Source: Octopus bimaculoides (lineage: Eukaryota). Taken from it: a DNA stretch of 64,000 nucleotides. Every line of letters begins with the position of its first letter. Positions within the stretch are counted from its first letter, which is position 1. The stretch covers positions 44,836,377 to 44,900,376 of the forward strand of contig NC_068993.1 in NCBI RefSeq assembly GCF_001194135.2. The letters are read 5' to 3'. Positions 1 to 12,042 of the stretch are shown here, piece after piece. The translations under genes were made by a program, and so were the position numbers. The notes under the pieces were generated by a model. The model saw nothing but the letters and a program-made list of their open reading frames with translations, had not been told where the DNA came from and ran no database searches.

Positions 1-275
1 TTGAAGTCTCCAGCCACAAAGAGAAGGTCCCTGTCACTCGTCGACGAGGTAGTTTGCAAGAGGGTGTCATAGAATTGGTCTTTCAGACCATCTGGTAGCC
101 CCGGTTGAGGTGCATAGGCTGAGATGACAGTAGCTAATCTATGATGAAGCACTAGTCTGATCTTAAGTACTCTGTCACTTACTCTAACGACCTCGATTAC
201 CTTATCCACCCATTTCTCCGCTAGAAGTATTCCTACGCCCCCGACCCCGTCAGTGTTCCCTGCCCAGAAAATCTT
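1..275 (-). mobile_element. RTE-clade LINE, apurinic endonuclease (APE) domain fragment; continues beyond the window start
   Basis: Stop-free minus frame KIFWAGNTDGVGGVGILLAEKWVDKVIEVVRVSDRVLKIRLVLHHRLATVISAYAPQPGLPDGLKDQFYDTLLQTTSSTSDRDLLFVAGDF carries the RTE APE motifs GVGI, SAYAPQ and GDFN. CpG-rich, so probably young. Confidence 0.92.
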
Positions 276-295
276 GGTAGATGAAATTTGAAAGG

Positions 296-540
296 AGCCC
301 ATCATGTGCTTATATTTGTGTGTACCCTTGTGTAGATATTGTGATGGTTGTAAATAACCATTATTGTCTTACAAGTAATGTTGTTTGTTTACAGTCTTCC
401 ATGAGAAACATGTTTACCTATGGGAAAATATTATCTTGCTTGGAACAAAAGGGCATCTGGCTGTAGAAAACCTGCTTCAACAAATTTTGTCTGACCTATG
501 CAAGCATAGAGAAATAGTTGTTAAATGCTGAAGATGATGT
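296..540 (+). mobile_element. SINE family B, 3' half with RTE-type (GAT)n tail
   Basis: Shares the segment aaacatg..ggaaaatatt..cttggaaca..gggcatc..gtagaaaa..gacc.atgcaagcat..gttaaa..gatgatg with many other copies in the window. Confidence 0.75.
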
Positions 541-1439
541 TTGCTATGTATAGATATAAGACATTCTAGTATATATCTGTTAGTGGTACAGGGGTATAGA
601 AAATAGGTTCCTACTTAGTAAATTAAATTTGTTTTTAAAAAAGTGTCTGGAGTTAGAGGCTTATACTAATCCAGAAACAACATCCCTAACATTTATAAAA
701 TATACACTTCAGATGCAGTTTCTTATAAATCACAGCTACTGGCAAATTAATTCTGTGACCACTTCAGTTTCAATTCCTTCCTTGTTGCAGCAATTTCATT
801 TTGAAAGAAATATAAGACAAGATGTTAAAAACATCCCGCAATCTTCTTTGTACTTCTTGGACAAATTTGAGACCTGATGGTACTTACAGAAGCATTGCTC
901 AATGTGAAAGAAATAACCGTCACAGCAATGTGTGTGGTAGTCACAGACACCCATTACCATCTTAACGGTCGATTATTCAATTATAAAAACAACTGTTTGG
1001 AACACTGGAATTTTCATTGTACTGGTTAATGAACTGTGACATAGAGAACACTGTTACTATGGTGACTGATGTGATAAAGGTTGAAAGTGGATAGATTTGT
1101 TTTCTATTGTATCCTCTACCTTCTATGAACTGTCTCGTATTCACGAGAATAGGAGTAAATAAATATATATTCTAAAGAGTGAAGCGAAAGCAGACTAAAT
1201 TACAGAAACTAAATTACATTATGGGTAGATACTTTGCCCACTTTGTTTAGTCTAGAATATATACAGTGCTTTAAAAATGATTATAGTGGTGGTCGTGGTG
1301 GTGATGGTAGTTGTAGGCTTATGATAGTGGTGAGCTTGTGGTGGTAATGGTGGTGGCGGTGGTTGTGATGGTGATTCAGATGGTGGTGGTAGTGGTGGGG
1401 TTAGGGTGAGAGTAGTGATGGAAGTTGTGATTTAGCTCA

Positions 1440-1600
1440 TGGTCAGTCTGATTAATCAGATGCGTACAATTTAAGATGATCCAGTTGTGACTATCTCTTC
1501 TTCTTATATTTATCAGGGACTCCCTTGTCCAATGTCTCTTTTCTTTTTAAGATGGTAAAGTGTGATTTTAAGGACACTGGGCTGCTATTTCTAGCAAGTC
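1440..1600 (+). repeat. Unclassified dispersed repeat family F (other copies about 25140-25310, 40930-41080, 45720-45850, 56090-56215)
   Basis: Recurrent motif ttttaagatgg...gtgtgatt...ggctgctatttctagca at several loci. Confidence 0.6.
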
Positions 1601-1989
1601 ATATGACTTTGTGCAGGCTCTCTTATTAACTTGAGGACAATGGTGATGGCGATTGTAGCAAGAGTGATGATGATGGCACCAACAAAAACAATCATGGCAA
1701 AGATTCTGCTGCTGCAGCTATTGGTGATTATAGTCTTCATGATGTAGATTTTGATGATAATGATTACTGGTGTTGGCGTAAGTGATAAGCGACTCTCCTC
1801 TTTGCCAACCACCCATTTCACTCTCTTAGCCAAGGAGCAGCCTATATAAGTATATACTGCATTTTTTTCCTCTTGTCGAACCATTGAGCCTTGAACCTAT
1901 ACATACATACATACATATGTACATACTTACATACACTCGCACATGTATATGTATATTTATACACACAGACACACACACACACACACGAT

Positions 1990-2165
1990 ACTGGTGCCAC
2001 GTAAAAAGCACCCAATATACTCTGCAAAGTGGTTGGTGTTAGGAAGGGCATCTGACTTTAGAAACCAAGCCAAAATAGACTTTGGAACTTTGTGTAGCTC
2101 CTGCCAAGTCTTCCAACTCATGCCTGCATGGAAAATGCTTGTTAAAGGATGATGATAATGATGAT
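1990..2165 (+). mobile_element. SINE family C (RTE-type tail)
   Basis: ccacgtaaaaagcaccc...gttggtgttaggaagggcatc...gcatggaaaa..gttaaa.gatgat. Other copies at 19467, 22468, 28850, 42495, 58840, 62495. Confidence 0.75.
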
Positions 2166-2399
2166 ACACACACATGTATATAAGCCCATATATGCCTGCT
2201 CAAATGTATGTGTATAAAAGAATCTATGTGAAAGATGGAAAATCTGCATTTCTTGGTGGCAATACCACGTGAGCTGTTGATATATGCACACACACACACA
2301 CACACACAACCATACCACAACACATTCAAAGAGAAACCACATGACTGACTGACATAAAGTTGTTAAAAAAAAAACAAAAAAAAAACACCATCTGATTTT

Positions 2400-2570
2400 C
2401 AAGCAGGCTTTATCTCTCCACTTTTTGTACTCCTACAAGAATGGTTTCTGTTCCTCAGAGCTGGCTGGTTATGTATCACCACCATCACTTACTCTCTATT
2501 AGTTAGTCCATTATGGTCTAAGCCTGCTAGTGGAATTATACTCAACTCTGCAAGTTTTATTAACTTTGGC
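2400..2570 (+). mobile_element. Degenerate CR1/Jockey-group LINE RT C-terminal fragment
   Basis: Translates SLHFLYSYKNGFCSSELAG, similar to the minus-strand fragment at 7545-8040 (LCLFYFYKNGFCFSELTG). Confidence 0.5.
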
Positions 2571-2574
2571 AGGT

Positions 2575-2777
2575 TTTAACTTTTTTTCACACCAACCTGC
2601 CCAATACTGCCCCTGGTTTTGTGATGCCAACTCCCTGTTTTAAAGTGATCTAAGTTAAAACTTTGCATCAACATTTGACTTAATCCTGACAATGATTTCC
2701 TGTATTTATCATTATATTGAATCTTAATTGAAACAGAGTCTGCATTTCTGCAGAAATATGGTTAACAAAAGGGTTAA
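2575..2777. mobile_element. TTAA-flanked (piggyBac-like) MITE, family with ends TTAACCCTTTTG...
   Basis: Ends ...atatggttaacaaaagggTTAA with a degenerate left end ttaacttttttt.cacaccaacc. Related copies at 10860-11049 and 23914-24131. Confidence 0.65.
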
Positions 2778-2901
2778 AACACAATCAATTCTTACAGTAA
2801 TGAATCATTCAAATAACAATTAGGTAGCCTAGGCTGCTAAGTGGTGTACGTTGGTCATTGCATCAGATTTTGCCAGGAACTTCTTAGATGTCTGCCTAGC
2901 A

Positions 2902-3199
2902 CAGGAGTTTTCAAACTGTGGTCCACGGACCACAGGGGGTCCGCAAGGACAAGACAGGGGTTCCGTAGACAGCAAATACTTTTTATGGGCAATTTGATTT
3001 TATACATGTTTTTTAATCGAAATCTTTTAATTGACAATAAACCTATTTGTTAAATACTGTTAAATAAATAAATGTAAAAATATATGTTATTTTAAGCAAA
3101 TATTTATGTATAAATTTCATAAGCGTTTATAAGGGGGTCCCTAAGGTAAAGCCTGAAATATAAAGATGGTCCGCAAGTCAAAAAGTTTGAAAACCCCTG
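2902..3199. mobile_element. hAT-type MITE (298 bp) with intact 8-bp TSD
   Basis: TIRs CAGGAGTTTTCAAACT / AGTTTGAAAACCCCTG. TSD gcctagca at 2894-2901 and 3200-3207. Subterminal GGGGTCC motifs. Confidence 0.92.
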
Positions 3200-3755
3200 G
3201 CCTAGCATATTGTTAACTCAGTCATCCTCTGTTCCTACAATTCTAAATGTAAGCTCTATCTTCAATAACTTATCCTTTTAGAGTTACAGCTTCTGGAAGC
3301 ACTTGTAGTAGATACTGTAACTACTTAATGAAATTGCATGTCTTCTTGTTGTGATGATTTATGTTCAACACTGCAAGCTGATGAATTCATCAATTATATT
3401 ATTTACAGCAAACCTTGGTACCTGTGTACCTACGACTAAATGGATTGGGCTAATGAGAGTTAACTACCTTTTCCAAGAGTGCGCAGTACTAATGTTGAAA
3501 TTTGAACTCAAAGTCAATTAGATGATAGACCAGACTTGTAACAAATCATCTATTACTTGGAATAAAGCTTTTCTTTTCGTTGAACGAACACACTTAATCA
3601 ATGTCTTCTAAATTATTTTTGTATAGCTATGAGTGGGCACATTTGTGTAGGAGTGTACTAATGTGTGAGTAGTTTATATGGCTATGTGTAGGTGCAGCTG
3701 CAAATTTTATATAAATACATACTTATCTATTTATCTGTGTATGTATGTATGTGTA

Positions 3756-3788
<33 letters not shown>

Positions 3789-4045
3789 GTATAATCACAC
3801 ATGCCTATATGGAAACCTTTATTAACATATGTCTCTGCGTGGGTTTTAATTGCATGTAGTATTTCTTGAGGTGTGTATGTGTGTGCTGGTGTGGTTTTAT
3901 GTATGGTGAGATTCTTGGTGTGTCTGTTGATTGCCATTGATTGGAAACTTCTAATCTGTTTTGATTTCTTCTATCTTCTGTTTTTCAAAGTTTTCCTTGT
4001 TCTATTCTCTACTTTCTTTTAATTACTTGTTGTTGTTGTTCTTAC

Positions 4046-4116
4046 CATAGCTGTTATTGTTGTTGTTGTTGTTGATATCAGTTGATGCTGATCCATTTCA
4101 CTTATGCAGTGATTTC
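4046..4116 (-). CDS. Candidate short exon (71 nt), unknown protein
   Basis: Minus strand ttttttttcgttctAG|GAAATC...GCTATG|GTaaga. The only open frame is xNHCISEMDQHQLISTTTTTITAM (phase 1 to 0). No homology recognised. Confidence 0.25.
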
Positions 4117-4239
4117 CTAGAACGAAAAAAAACGACTTAATTGTTACACAGTCTTATGTCACTTACTCATCAAATTTCTGGCCCTGTGTGAGAAGAAGGC
4201 TTTTATTATGGATCACTAAAGGCAGTGGGTTTATCTTTT

Positions 4240-4430
4240 AGCTTTTACTTGTTTGTCATTACCCTGCAGTCATATTGGAGCACTGCCTTGAATGCTTGAG
4301 TCAAGCAAATCAATTGCAATATTTATTTTAAAGTCTGCTATTTATTCTGTTGGTTACTTTTGCTGAACTGCTAAGTTATAAATATGTAAACTAACCAACA
4401 CAAGTTGTCAAGCAGTGATGGGGAACACAC
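4240..4430 (-). mobile_element. SINE tail type E (other copies about 24470-24650, 40300-40620, 44545-44730, 59330-59480)
   Basis: Shared segment ttgtttcagtcatt..ctgc.gccat.ctggagcac...gaactgctaagtta...caccagttgtcaagcagtg. Confidence 0.7.
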
Positions 4431-4819
4431 TTATCCATCCATCCATCGATCCATCAATCAATCATAATTGTCATTATCATCACCGTCCCTTTGGGGTTGA
4501 TAAAATAAAGTACCAATCAAGCACTGAAGTTGGTTTAGTTGACCGACTTGCTCATCCCCTCAAAACTCAGGCTTTGTCTCTATATTAGAAACAATTATTA
4601 TTAGTGTTATTAGTATTTTAAGGTAGGTAAATTGGTGGAATCATTAGAGTATTGAAAAAAAGTGCTTTGTGGTGTTTTTCTTGCTCTTTACATAGCAAGT
4701 TCAAAACACTTCCTTTAAATTGTTAGCCTGATGCCGAAATTATTATTGTTGTTATTATTATAGAAGACGTTGTACAGTATCCAATATTGTGATGTAGATT
4801 GTTGTTGTTATTATTATTA

Positions 4820-5029
4820 AGAAGGCGGTGGACTGGCAGAATTGTTAGCATGTTGGATAAAATGCTTAACGGTATTTCGCCTGCCACTACGTTCTGAGTT
4901 CAAATTCTGCCAAGGTCTACTTTGCCTTTCATCCTTGCGGGTTGATAATTAAGAGCCAGTCAAGTACTGTGGTCGATTTAATCGACTAGCCCCCTCCCCA
5001 CAAATTCCAGGCCTTGTGTCTATACCAGA

Positions 5030-5092
<63 letters not shown>

Positions 5093-5200
5093 GTTCTTTT
5101 GGGTTCGATAAATTAAGTACCAGTGAAACACTGGGGGTCAATATAACTGACTTATCCCCTCCCCTAGAATTTCAGGCCTTGTGTCTGTGATAGAAAGGAT
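4820..5200 (+). mobile_element. Two tandem tRNA-derived SINE family A copies separated by (ATT)n (5033-5091)
   Basis: 5' aggcggtggactggcagaa (A-box-like), gagttcaaattc (B-box), central tttgcctttcatcc...gtcgat, and tail cttgtgtctata..agaaag.attatt. Confidence 0.85.
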
Positions 5201-6060
5201 TACTATTTATTGATATTGTTGTTGTTTTCTATATTTTCTAACTGTATGAAAACACGGAGCTGCTTCTAACACACCAGAGGATAATTCTAAAGACTTAATG
5301 GCATTTCAAGATTGCAGTAAAAGAGATTCTATGATGATAATAAACCAATAAACTAACGCATTCTTCCTGCTCTTCTTTCTACTTACTGCTGTCTTCCTCC
5401 TCACCATTTTTCTTTAGAATGTCTCTTTGGAATTCTCTCATCTTTTTTCCTTTATTTTTATTCCTCTATTTATGAGTTATTATCATTGGATGGGTAGCAG
5501 AGAGGCATTTTCTCCAACTTTTACTCACTCATTTTATTTCCTTTGCTAACAAGATTTCTGTCTGTTTACATCAATATACATATTTTCTGTTAATGCCAAT
5601 CCTCAAGCTATATGAGATGTTAATAGGCAATTACAGATAGGTATGGTATTTATTTTTAATGTACCAAGATTGTATGCGTATGCATATGTGTGTAGCATTG
5701 TTATTTCATTTTCTGTTTTTGTTGTATAAATGATATTTAGAATAGATGTAGAAATATATTGTATAAATAGAATGATTTAATAGTGCATAAATTTGATAAG
5801 AAATATTGATATATGAGTGCGTGTGGGTATAAATTTATGTACACAAATGTGTATATGTGCGTTTGTTAATATATGTATACATATGTGTGTGTATACATAC
5901 AAGCACACAAATATGTTTGCATATGTGTGTGTGTGTGTGTGAGTATGAATATACCTTTTTGGGAAGCAGATAAAGCTATAAATATTAGCATGTATTTGGT
6001 TAAAAAATTCCTTGGATCGAAAAAGTCAAAGGCTGGCGTTTATATGTAGATATGTATGTA

Positions 6061-6118
<58 letters not shown>

Positions 6119-6659
6119 AGCATGAATATATACATGTGTGTATATATGTATATAAATTACCAAGTCATGTTGCTGAGATTTTCTTTTTTTTTTGTGTGTG
6201 TATGTTTTCTACCTCAGATGCTGGAAAGAGAAGGTAATGACCCTGCTGGAAGAGGTCAAAACAAGAAAGTATTATGGAGATAAAATAGATAGATAAATTA
6301 TAGGTAGGGAAGAGAGAGAATGAATGAGACAAAAAGAGAGAGAGAGAGAGAGAGATCAGTTAACAGCAAGTGAGACAGGCAGTCAAATATACTGAGGAGT
6401 GGAAAAGAGGAAGAGATTGATGGAATAAGAGAGGAATTAGAAAGGTATGCATGAATTAATAGCTGTAGAGAATGAGAGAATAACTTAGAGAGTTACATAG
6501 AAAGAAAGAGAAACTTGTGTATATTATTAAAGTGTGTGTGAGGAAGGGAGAGAGAGAGAGCAATTATAACATGATATGAATGAAACTTTATATTGCAGTA
6601 CACAGTTCATGTAGAAAATGTGCAAGTTTGTTTAAAAAAAAATATATAAAAAATAAACT

Positions 6660-6857
6660 TATTGTTATAGGCAACAAGTCCTAGAATTTTAAGGTAGGCG
6701 GTAGGTCAATTACATCAACCTGAGCGTTCAACTGGTACTTATTTTTTCAACCCTGAATGGATGAAAAGGAAAGTTGATTTTGGTGGAATTTGAATTCAGT
6801 GTAAAGCCAGAAAAAATGCCACTGTCTGGCATGCTAACACTTCCGCAAGCTTGCTAT

Positions 6858-6896
<39 letters not shown>

Positions 6897-7100
6897 GTAA
6901 TAATAATAATTTTCTGCTATAGACATGAGACCTGAAATTTTGGAGGAGGGGGCAAGTTAATTACATTGACCTCAGTCACAACTGGTACTTATTTTATTGA
7001 CCCTGAAAGGGTGAAAAGCAAAGTCAGCCCCAATGGCATTTGAACTCAGAATGTAAAGTCAGGAAAAATGCTGCTACATATTTTGTTCAGCATGCTAGCA
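6660..7100 (-). mobile_element. Two tandem SINE family A copies separated by (AAT)n
   Basis: Both contain ctggtacttatttt..accctgaa.gg.tgaaa.g.aaagt...gaatttgaa.tcag (reverse complement of family A). Confidence 0.8.
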
Positions 7101-7133
7101 ACAACAACAATAATAATACGCTACAGAATAGAA

Positions 7134-7246
7134 GGATCTTTCTGAATTGACGGACACCACTTTTCATTTATACATTCTACCAGTATCCCAAGTTTGAAAG
7201 TGTTTCGTTAAGAAAACAAGTGGTGCCCGTCAATTCAGAAAAATCC
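7134..7246. mobile_element. 113-bp MITE with Merlin-like structure
   Basis: 29-bp TIRs (27/29 match) GGATCTTTCTGAATTGACGGACACCACTT / AAGTGGTGCCCGTCAATTCAGAAAAATCC with 5'-GG termini. 8-bp TSD gaatagaa at 7126-7133 and 7247-7254. Confidence 0.85.
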
Positions 7247-7544
7247 GAATAGAATATTTAACTTACATTTTACATAGAAAATAATGAAAAACAATTAAGA
7301 GTCAGTATTTTCTCCTTAATAAACAAAATAAAAACAAATTAGATTCTACAGTGGTTGTTTTGCCCCAACTGTTGTAGTCCTTATAAAGCAGAACCATGAT
7401 TACAGATATTTCAACCTTAATGATTCAGTCCTTTTATATATATCTTAAAAAGATATTTCGTTGGATAAATCTGAAGGAAGGGATTGTGTCCACCATAGTC
7501 TTCTCGTGCCCCCTGAGAAGGACAATATCTACTTTGGTAATGTT

Positions 7545-8040
7545 CCTGTTAAAAGTCAACAACTGCAGGATGTAAAAAAATGATAAGCATAGACAGGGAG
7601 GGAATTTCAGACAGTTGACATCCTGAGGAGTAAAAACTGGGCATAGGGGTTAGTGTGGAATAGGGAATTGATGGTAAAGAGGTAACAAAATGAAGAAAGA
7701 TGAGTTGGGAGAAGTACCTGAGTTGAGATGGCATGAGACCAGTGAGCTCAGAGAAACAAAAGCCATTCTTGTAGAAGTAAAAAAGACAGAGAAGAGGCAG
7801 CATGTCTGTGGATAAGAGGTTGGAGTATCAGCTTCATGTTAATCAATTGGCTAACCTTTCTTAAGCTTATCTTCTATGATTTCTTAATATGTAGCAGCGC
7901 CATCCCAGATGTAAGAGCACTACTCAGTTGTGGATCTCACTAGTATTTGTAGCAGTTGTTTAGGGCTAAAGTATTTTCTGGGTCTGAAGAGGAAGGCCAG
8001 TCTTTGCTGTGTGGAGGTCATATTACATCCAGGATTACTT
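7545..8040 (-). mobile_element. CR1/Jockey-group LINE, RT C-terminal region, degenerate
   Basis: Frameshifted translation QRLAFLFRPRKYFSPKQLL..*CSYIWDGAA...LCLFYFYKNGFCFSELTGLMP resembles the LINE pattern LGFLFR..YFS..LL..LEYCSHIW.GA...LSLFYRY..G.CS.EL. Confidence 0.7.
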
Positions 8041-8053
8041 TAGTGTGTTTTAA

Positions 8054-8460
8054 GGTGCAGGTGTGGCTGTGTGATTAGAGGTTTGCTTCTCAACCAAGTA
8101 GTCTTGGGTTTAGTCTTACTGTTTGGCCCCTTGGGCAGGTAACTTCTACTTTAGTTCCAGACCAACCAAATCCTTGTGAGCAGATTTGGAAGATGGAAAA
8201 TGAAAGGAGTCCATTGTACGTGTGTGGGAGTTGGTGTCTCCTTGTCTTTACATTATGTGACAGTTGTAAACAGGTATCATTATCATGCAACCATGGCCTT
8301 TGTCTTCAGTCTCCCATGAAAAACATATCTGGCCATGGGGAAATATTACTTCAGTTGGGAACAGGTGAGTGTTGGCAACCAGAAGGGCGTCCAGCTGCAG
8401 AAAATCTGTCTGTCTCACGAGAGCCATAGAAAAGTGCACATTAAAATGAAGATGAGGTTA
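8054..8460 (+). mobile_element. Full-length SINE family B (tRNA-like head, CORE-like segment, RTE-type tail)
   Basis: gtgcaggtgtggctgtgtg.ttag (A box), ccttgggcagg (CORE-like), ggaaatattac...ggaacaggtgag...gggcgtccagc...gatga tail. Confidence 0.85.
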
Positions 8461-9238
8461 ATGATAATATGTATAGTTTGAGGGTTTATTTGGTTGCTAT
8501 TTTTAGCAGATTGAGAAATCAAGCAATGACTCTCTCATTAGGATCCTCAGCTCCCAGTTATGTAAGTAGTGGTTAGGTGGATTTGTAATTCAGCTGATAT
8601 CTTTAGTTGGTGCCAGTCACCTGTTTGTTGTATGTCTAAGATAAGATAAGAAAGAGGAACTGTACCTTTTAGAAAAATGATTATAACATCCCCTTTCCTA
8701 GATAATTTTCAACACCACCAGGTGGGTGTGGAAGCCGACAAACTCATTTTAGATTGTCAATAGAACGTTAAGTTTTAAACATTCAGTGTTTTGTTTTGTT
8801 TTGTCCCAAAACTGGCTGTTATCAGTAAATCTTGTGGAGAGTAAACTAAGCTGGATATGATTTTTTAGGAGAGGGAAGGAAGGCCAGTGGCTGTAGTAGC
8901 AATTTTTACGAGCAACAACAACAACAACAACAGCAGCAATAGTATTAGTAGCAGCAGCATCAACATAAACAACAACAGTAGTTTTAGTAGTATTAGTGAC
9001 AAGGAGAGAAAACGAGGGGTGTGGCAGGGGAAGTAGGTAGTGGATCAATAAAGAGTTGCGAGAGAGACATCTGTACTTTTTTTTTTTTTGCCTAGCAGTA
9101 GTAACCTTGTGGATGCTAATGTATCAGTCATACTGCGAGTTTGCAACCGCCACTTCTGTAGCTCCTGTTGATAGTTCTTCAACAACATCAAAATTAGCAT
9201 CAACAGCAATTGCAGCAGCCACATCAGTAGCAGCAGCA

Positions 9239-9319
9239 GGCGCAGCAGCTACAACAGCGGCAGCAGGCGCAGCAGCTACAACAGCGGCAGCAGGCGCAGC
9301 AGCTACAACAGCGGCAGCA
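9239..9319. repeat. 27-bp minisatellite x3 inside a CAG/GCA-rich tract (about 8900-9350)
   Basis: Unit ggcgcagcagctacaacagcggcagca, period 27, read directly from the sequence. Confidence 0.9.
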
Positions 9320-9610
9320 ACGGCTGCAGCAGCAACAGCGAAAGACAGTCATGTGTAAGCATCTATGTTGTCGGAGACTTGTTACTGTTGTGGAGTTAAG
9401 CTGATCGACTTGATAAGGTGTGCTGAGGTGTGTGGCAAAGTTTGATTTCACCGCGAACACCACCGTCGGAGGGGTTTGGGGGTTATTAGCTGCCACTTCT
9501 GTTGTTGTTGTTATTGTTGTTAGTGGTGGCCCCTAGGGTTTTCTACTTTCACTCTTCTCACTTGTGGATGTCTTTGATTATTCATCTTTGGTCATCTCTC
9601 ACATAATAAG

Positions 9611-9666
9611 TGATGGGGAATATCCTGGAGATCGATGGGCTCCCAGACCAGCTCATCAGATTACAG
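9611..9666 (+). CDS. Candidate short exon (56 nt), unknown protein
   Basis: About 70-nt AG-free pyrimidine-rich tract ending aataAG, and donor CAG|GTAAGC. Frames DGEYPGDRWAPRPAHQIT (mostly A/T-ending codons) or MGNILEIDGLPDQLIRLQ. Confidence 0.3.
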
Positions 9667-10004
9667 GTAAGCTCTCATATATTCATACACACACACGCAT
9701 GTATAATATACTTTCAGAGAACTTAAGTCCTTTATAGTGTTGATATTTCTCTTTCATTCTCTCTCTCTCTCTCTCTCCCTCTCACTCTAGATTTTCCTCT
9801 CTATCCACTTTTTATAATGCTCTATTGTTTATGCTCCAATTAAGTTATGTTACCTTCTATAGAAAGAACATGAATTTTGTCAGGTGAAAAAAGAGAAGAA
9901 AAGGCTCAGATATGATTTAAATTTTATTTCTCTTGTTTCCTATCTTGCTATCTACCTCCCCTCTCCGCCCCCTCTTCCCTGCCCCCCTCTCTCTATGTAT
10001 ATTC

Positions 10005-10097
10005 AATTATCTATCTATCTGTCTGTCTGTCTATCTATCTATCTAACTGTCTGTCTGCCTGTCTATCTATCTAACTGTCTGTCTGCCTGTCTATCTA

Positions 10098-10140
<43 letters not shown>

Positions 10141-10256
10141 GCATATCAAAATATCTATCTATCTGTCTGTCTTTCTATCTGCATATCAAAATATCTATCT
10201 ATCTCTCTATCTCTCTATCTATCTATCTCTCTATCTATCTATCTATCTATCTACTT

Positions 10257-10291
<35 letters not shown>

Positions 10292-10292
10292 C

Positions 10293-10328
<36 letters not shown>

Positions 10329-10350
10329 CTTTCTATCTATCTATCTATCT
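10005..10350. repeat. Compound (TCTA)n/(TCTG)n microsatellite
   Basis: Direct reading. Includes a duplicated atctgcatatcaaaatatctatctatct. Source of the artefactual 173-aa ORF. Confidence 0.95.
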
Positions 10351-10859
10351 GTCTTTCTGTCATATCACCCCCATCCCCTTTACACCACATGTAGCATTTC
10401 TATAGTTTAAAGTTGTAATCATGTGAGACAGGAAGGCCGGGAGAGAAAAACCATACCAAGATCCTTGTTAGTGGTGTCTCAGTATAGGTTTTTTCTTTTC
10501 CCATTTGTTATTTTTGTAGTCAGAGAATGGCAGGATGGTCAAGACAGTACAGCCCTGGACTAAATGCATTACAATATATGCTGGAGTCATCTTTGCTTTT
10601 TATTCTTTTGAATTTGGATAAAATAAGCATCAGTAATATACTCAATGATCTCATCCCTATAAAAAAATAACAAAAACACCAAAATTTGATTTTGTGATGA
10701 GTTAAAAGAAATACTTTCCTTGGGCACAGTTACAGATGACAGAGTGTTGAGTGCAGATCCAAATATTTTCTTGTAGTTTTCCTATTTATTTTTCTTGTTT
10801 CTGGGTTCAGCATCTGACTTTCATCTCCCTGAAGTCATTAGGAAAAATAATTATGATAA

Positions 10860-11049
10860 AATTTGGTTAATTTAAAGTGATTTAAATTAAAACCTTTCAT
10901 CAAAATTTCATGTTAATTTATGTTCCAAACACCAGCTTAATTAATGACAACAGTTATTTTACTAAATACTTCATTTTTTTCAAAATTAATTAAAAAAAAA
11001 AAAGCCAGCAGTATTTTTTTTTATAGAAATATGGTAACAAAAGGGTTTT
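10860..11049. mobile_element. TTAA-family MITE, partial
   Basis: Ends gaaatatggtaacaaaagggtt. Internal similarity to 2575-2777 and 23914-24131. Confidence 0.65.
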
Positions 11050-12042
11050 TAATTGACAATGCTTCCTCCCTGGCTAAAATTTGGCATTGTAATTGACCCA
11101 AGAGAAATCATTATTTTGATGAGTGTGGGGTGGGGTGTGGTAGTAAAGAAATGAGAGCATTGGAGTGGATAACTTTAGTTTTACTCAAGATATTATTTCA
11201 TATCTGTATATAAGTTCAAGTCCTACTAGAGTTGTTTCATACAATTCAGACTACTAGGGTTTATATCTGAAGCACTAGTTGTAATATTTGAATTCAACTG
11301 ATTATGTCTGTATTTGTGTATCTAATTATTATCAGTGGGCAGTACATGGCACTACAATTCATGGAACCTTCACCAAATTTAGTTTTTCAACTGGATCCAC
11401 ATTTCTCAAATCAGTAATATCTTTGGGCAGTACATGAATGCCATAACATAGCATTTCTCTCACTTATTTTTTATCATGACTTCATAAGAAATTATCAGTG
11501 TTATTACAAATATTGATGATACTTGTAATTTACTGGGGTGCTTAGATTTATTTGAACCATAAATGGAGTTGTTATATATCAATAATTACAGTTATCATAA
11601 TAAATAGTAATAATTATTATTATTAGTTAAGTATTAATCACTATTGAATAAATATTAATTATTATTACTAATAAGCCAATTAATGGTTGATGCTGGACCT
11701 TAAAATTGTAGTAATTTTTACCATGTTTTTTGTTAGTAAAATTAGTACAGATCAAGAATTAGGGTTGATATATTGAACTGTATTTCTCTTCCCAACCTTG
11801 TTTAAATACTAGAAAAGACTTAGTTGTGGGAAGAAAATAATAATTGGGGACAGCTAGGATTTTGAGATTGGTGCTTGGGTGTTGAGTGTCTTCCACGATA
11901 AGTTAACATTCAGGTACCAAAGCTGATAATTTGCGGAAAGAGACCCTGTGACACCTCTGACAACAGGTTGCTATCTGCTCTCACAGAATCAGCCAGAGAG
12001 CAAATAAGACTGAGAGCTCTAAGAAGTAAAATAAGTAATAAT

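Noticed and set aside
889-960. Minus-strand exon ending at GTAAGT
   Set aside because: No acceptable acceptor within an open frame. There are stops a few codons upstream.
1591-1884. Hydrophobic 97-aa ORF resembling a membrane protein
   Set aside because: Derived from degenerate GAT/GGT trinucleotide tracts.
9884-10405. 173-aa ORF rich in LSIY
   Set aside because: Translation of (TCTA)n. The same applies to the HT, CV, YI, ER, poly-I and X-containing ORFs throughout the track.
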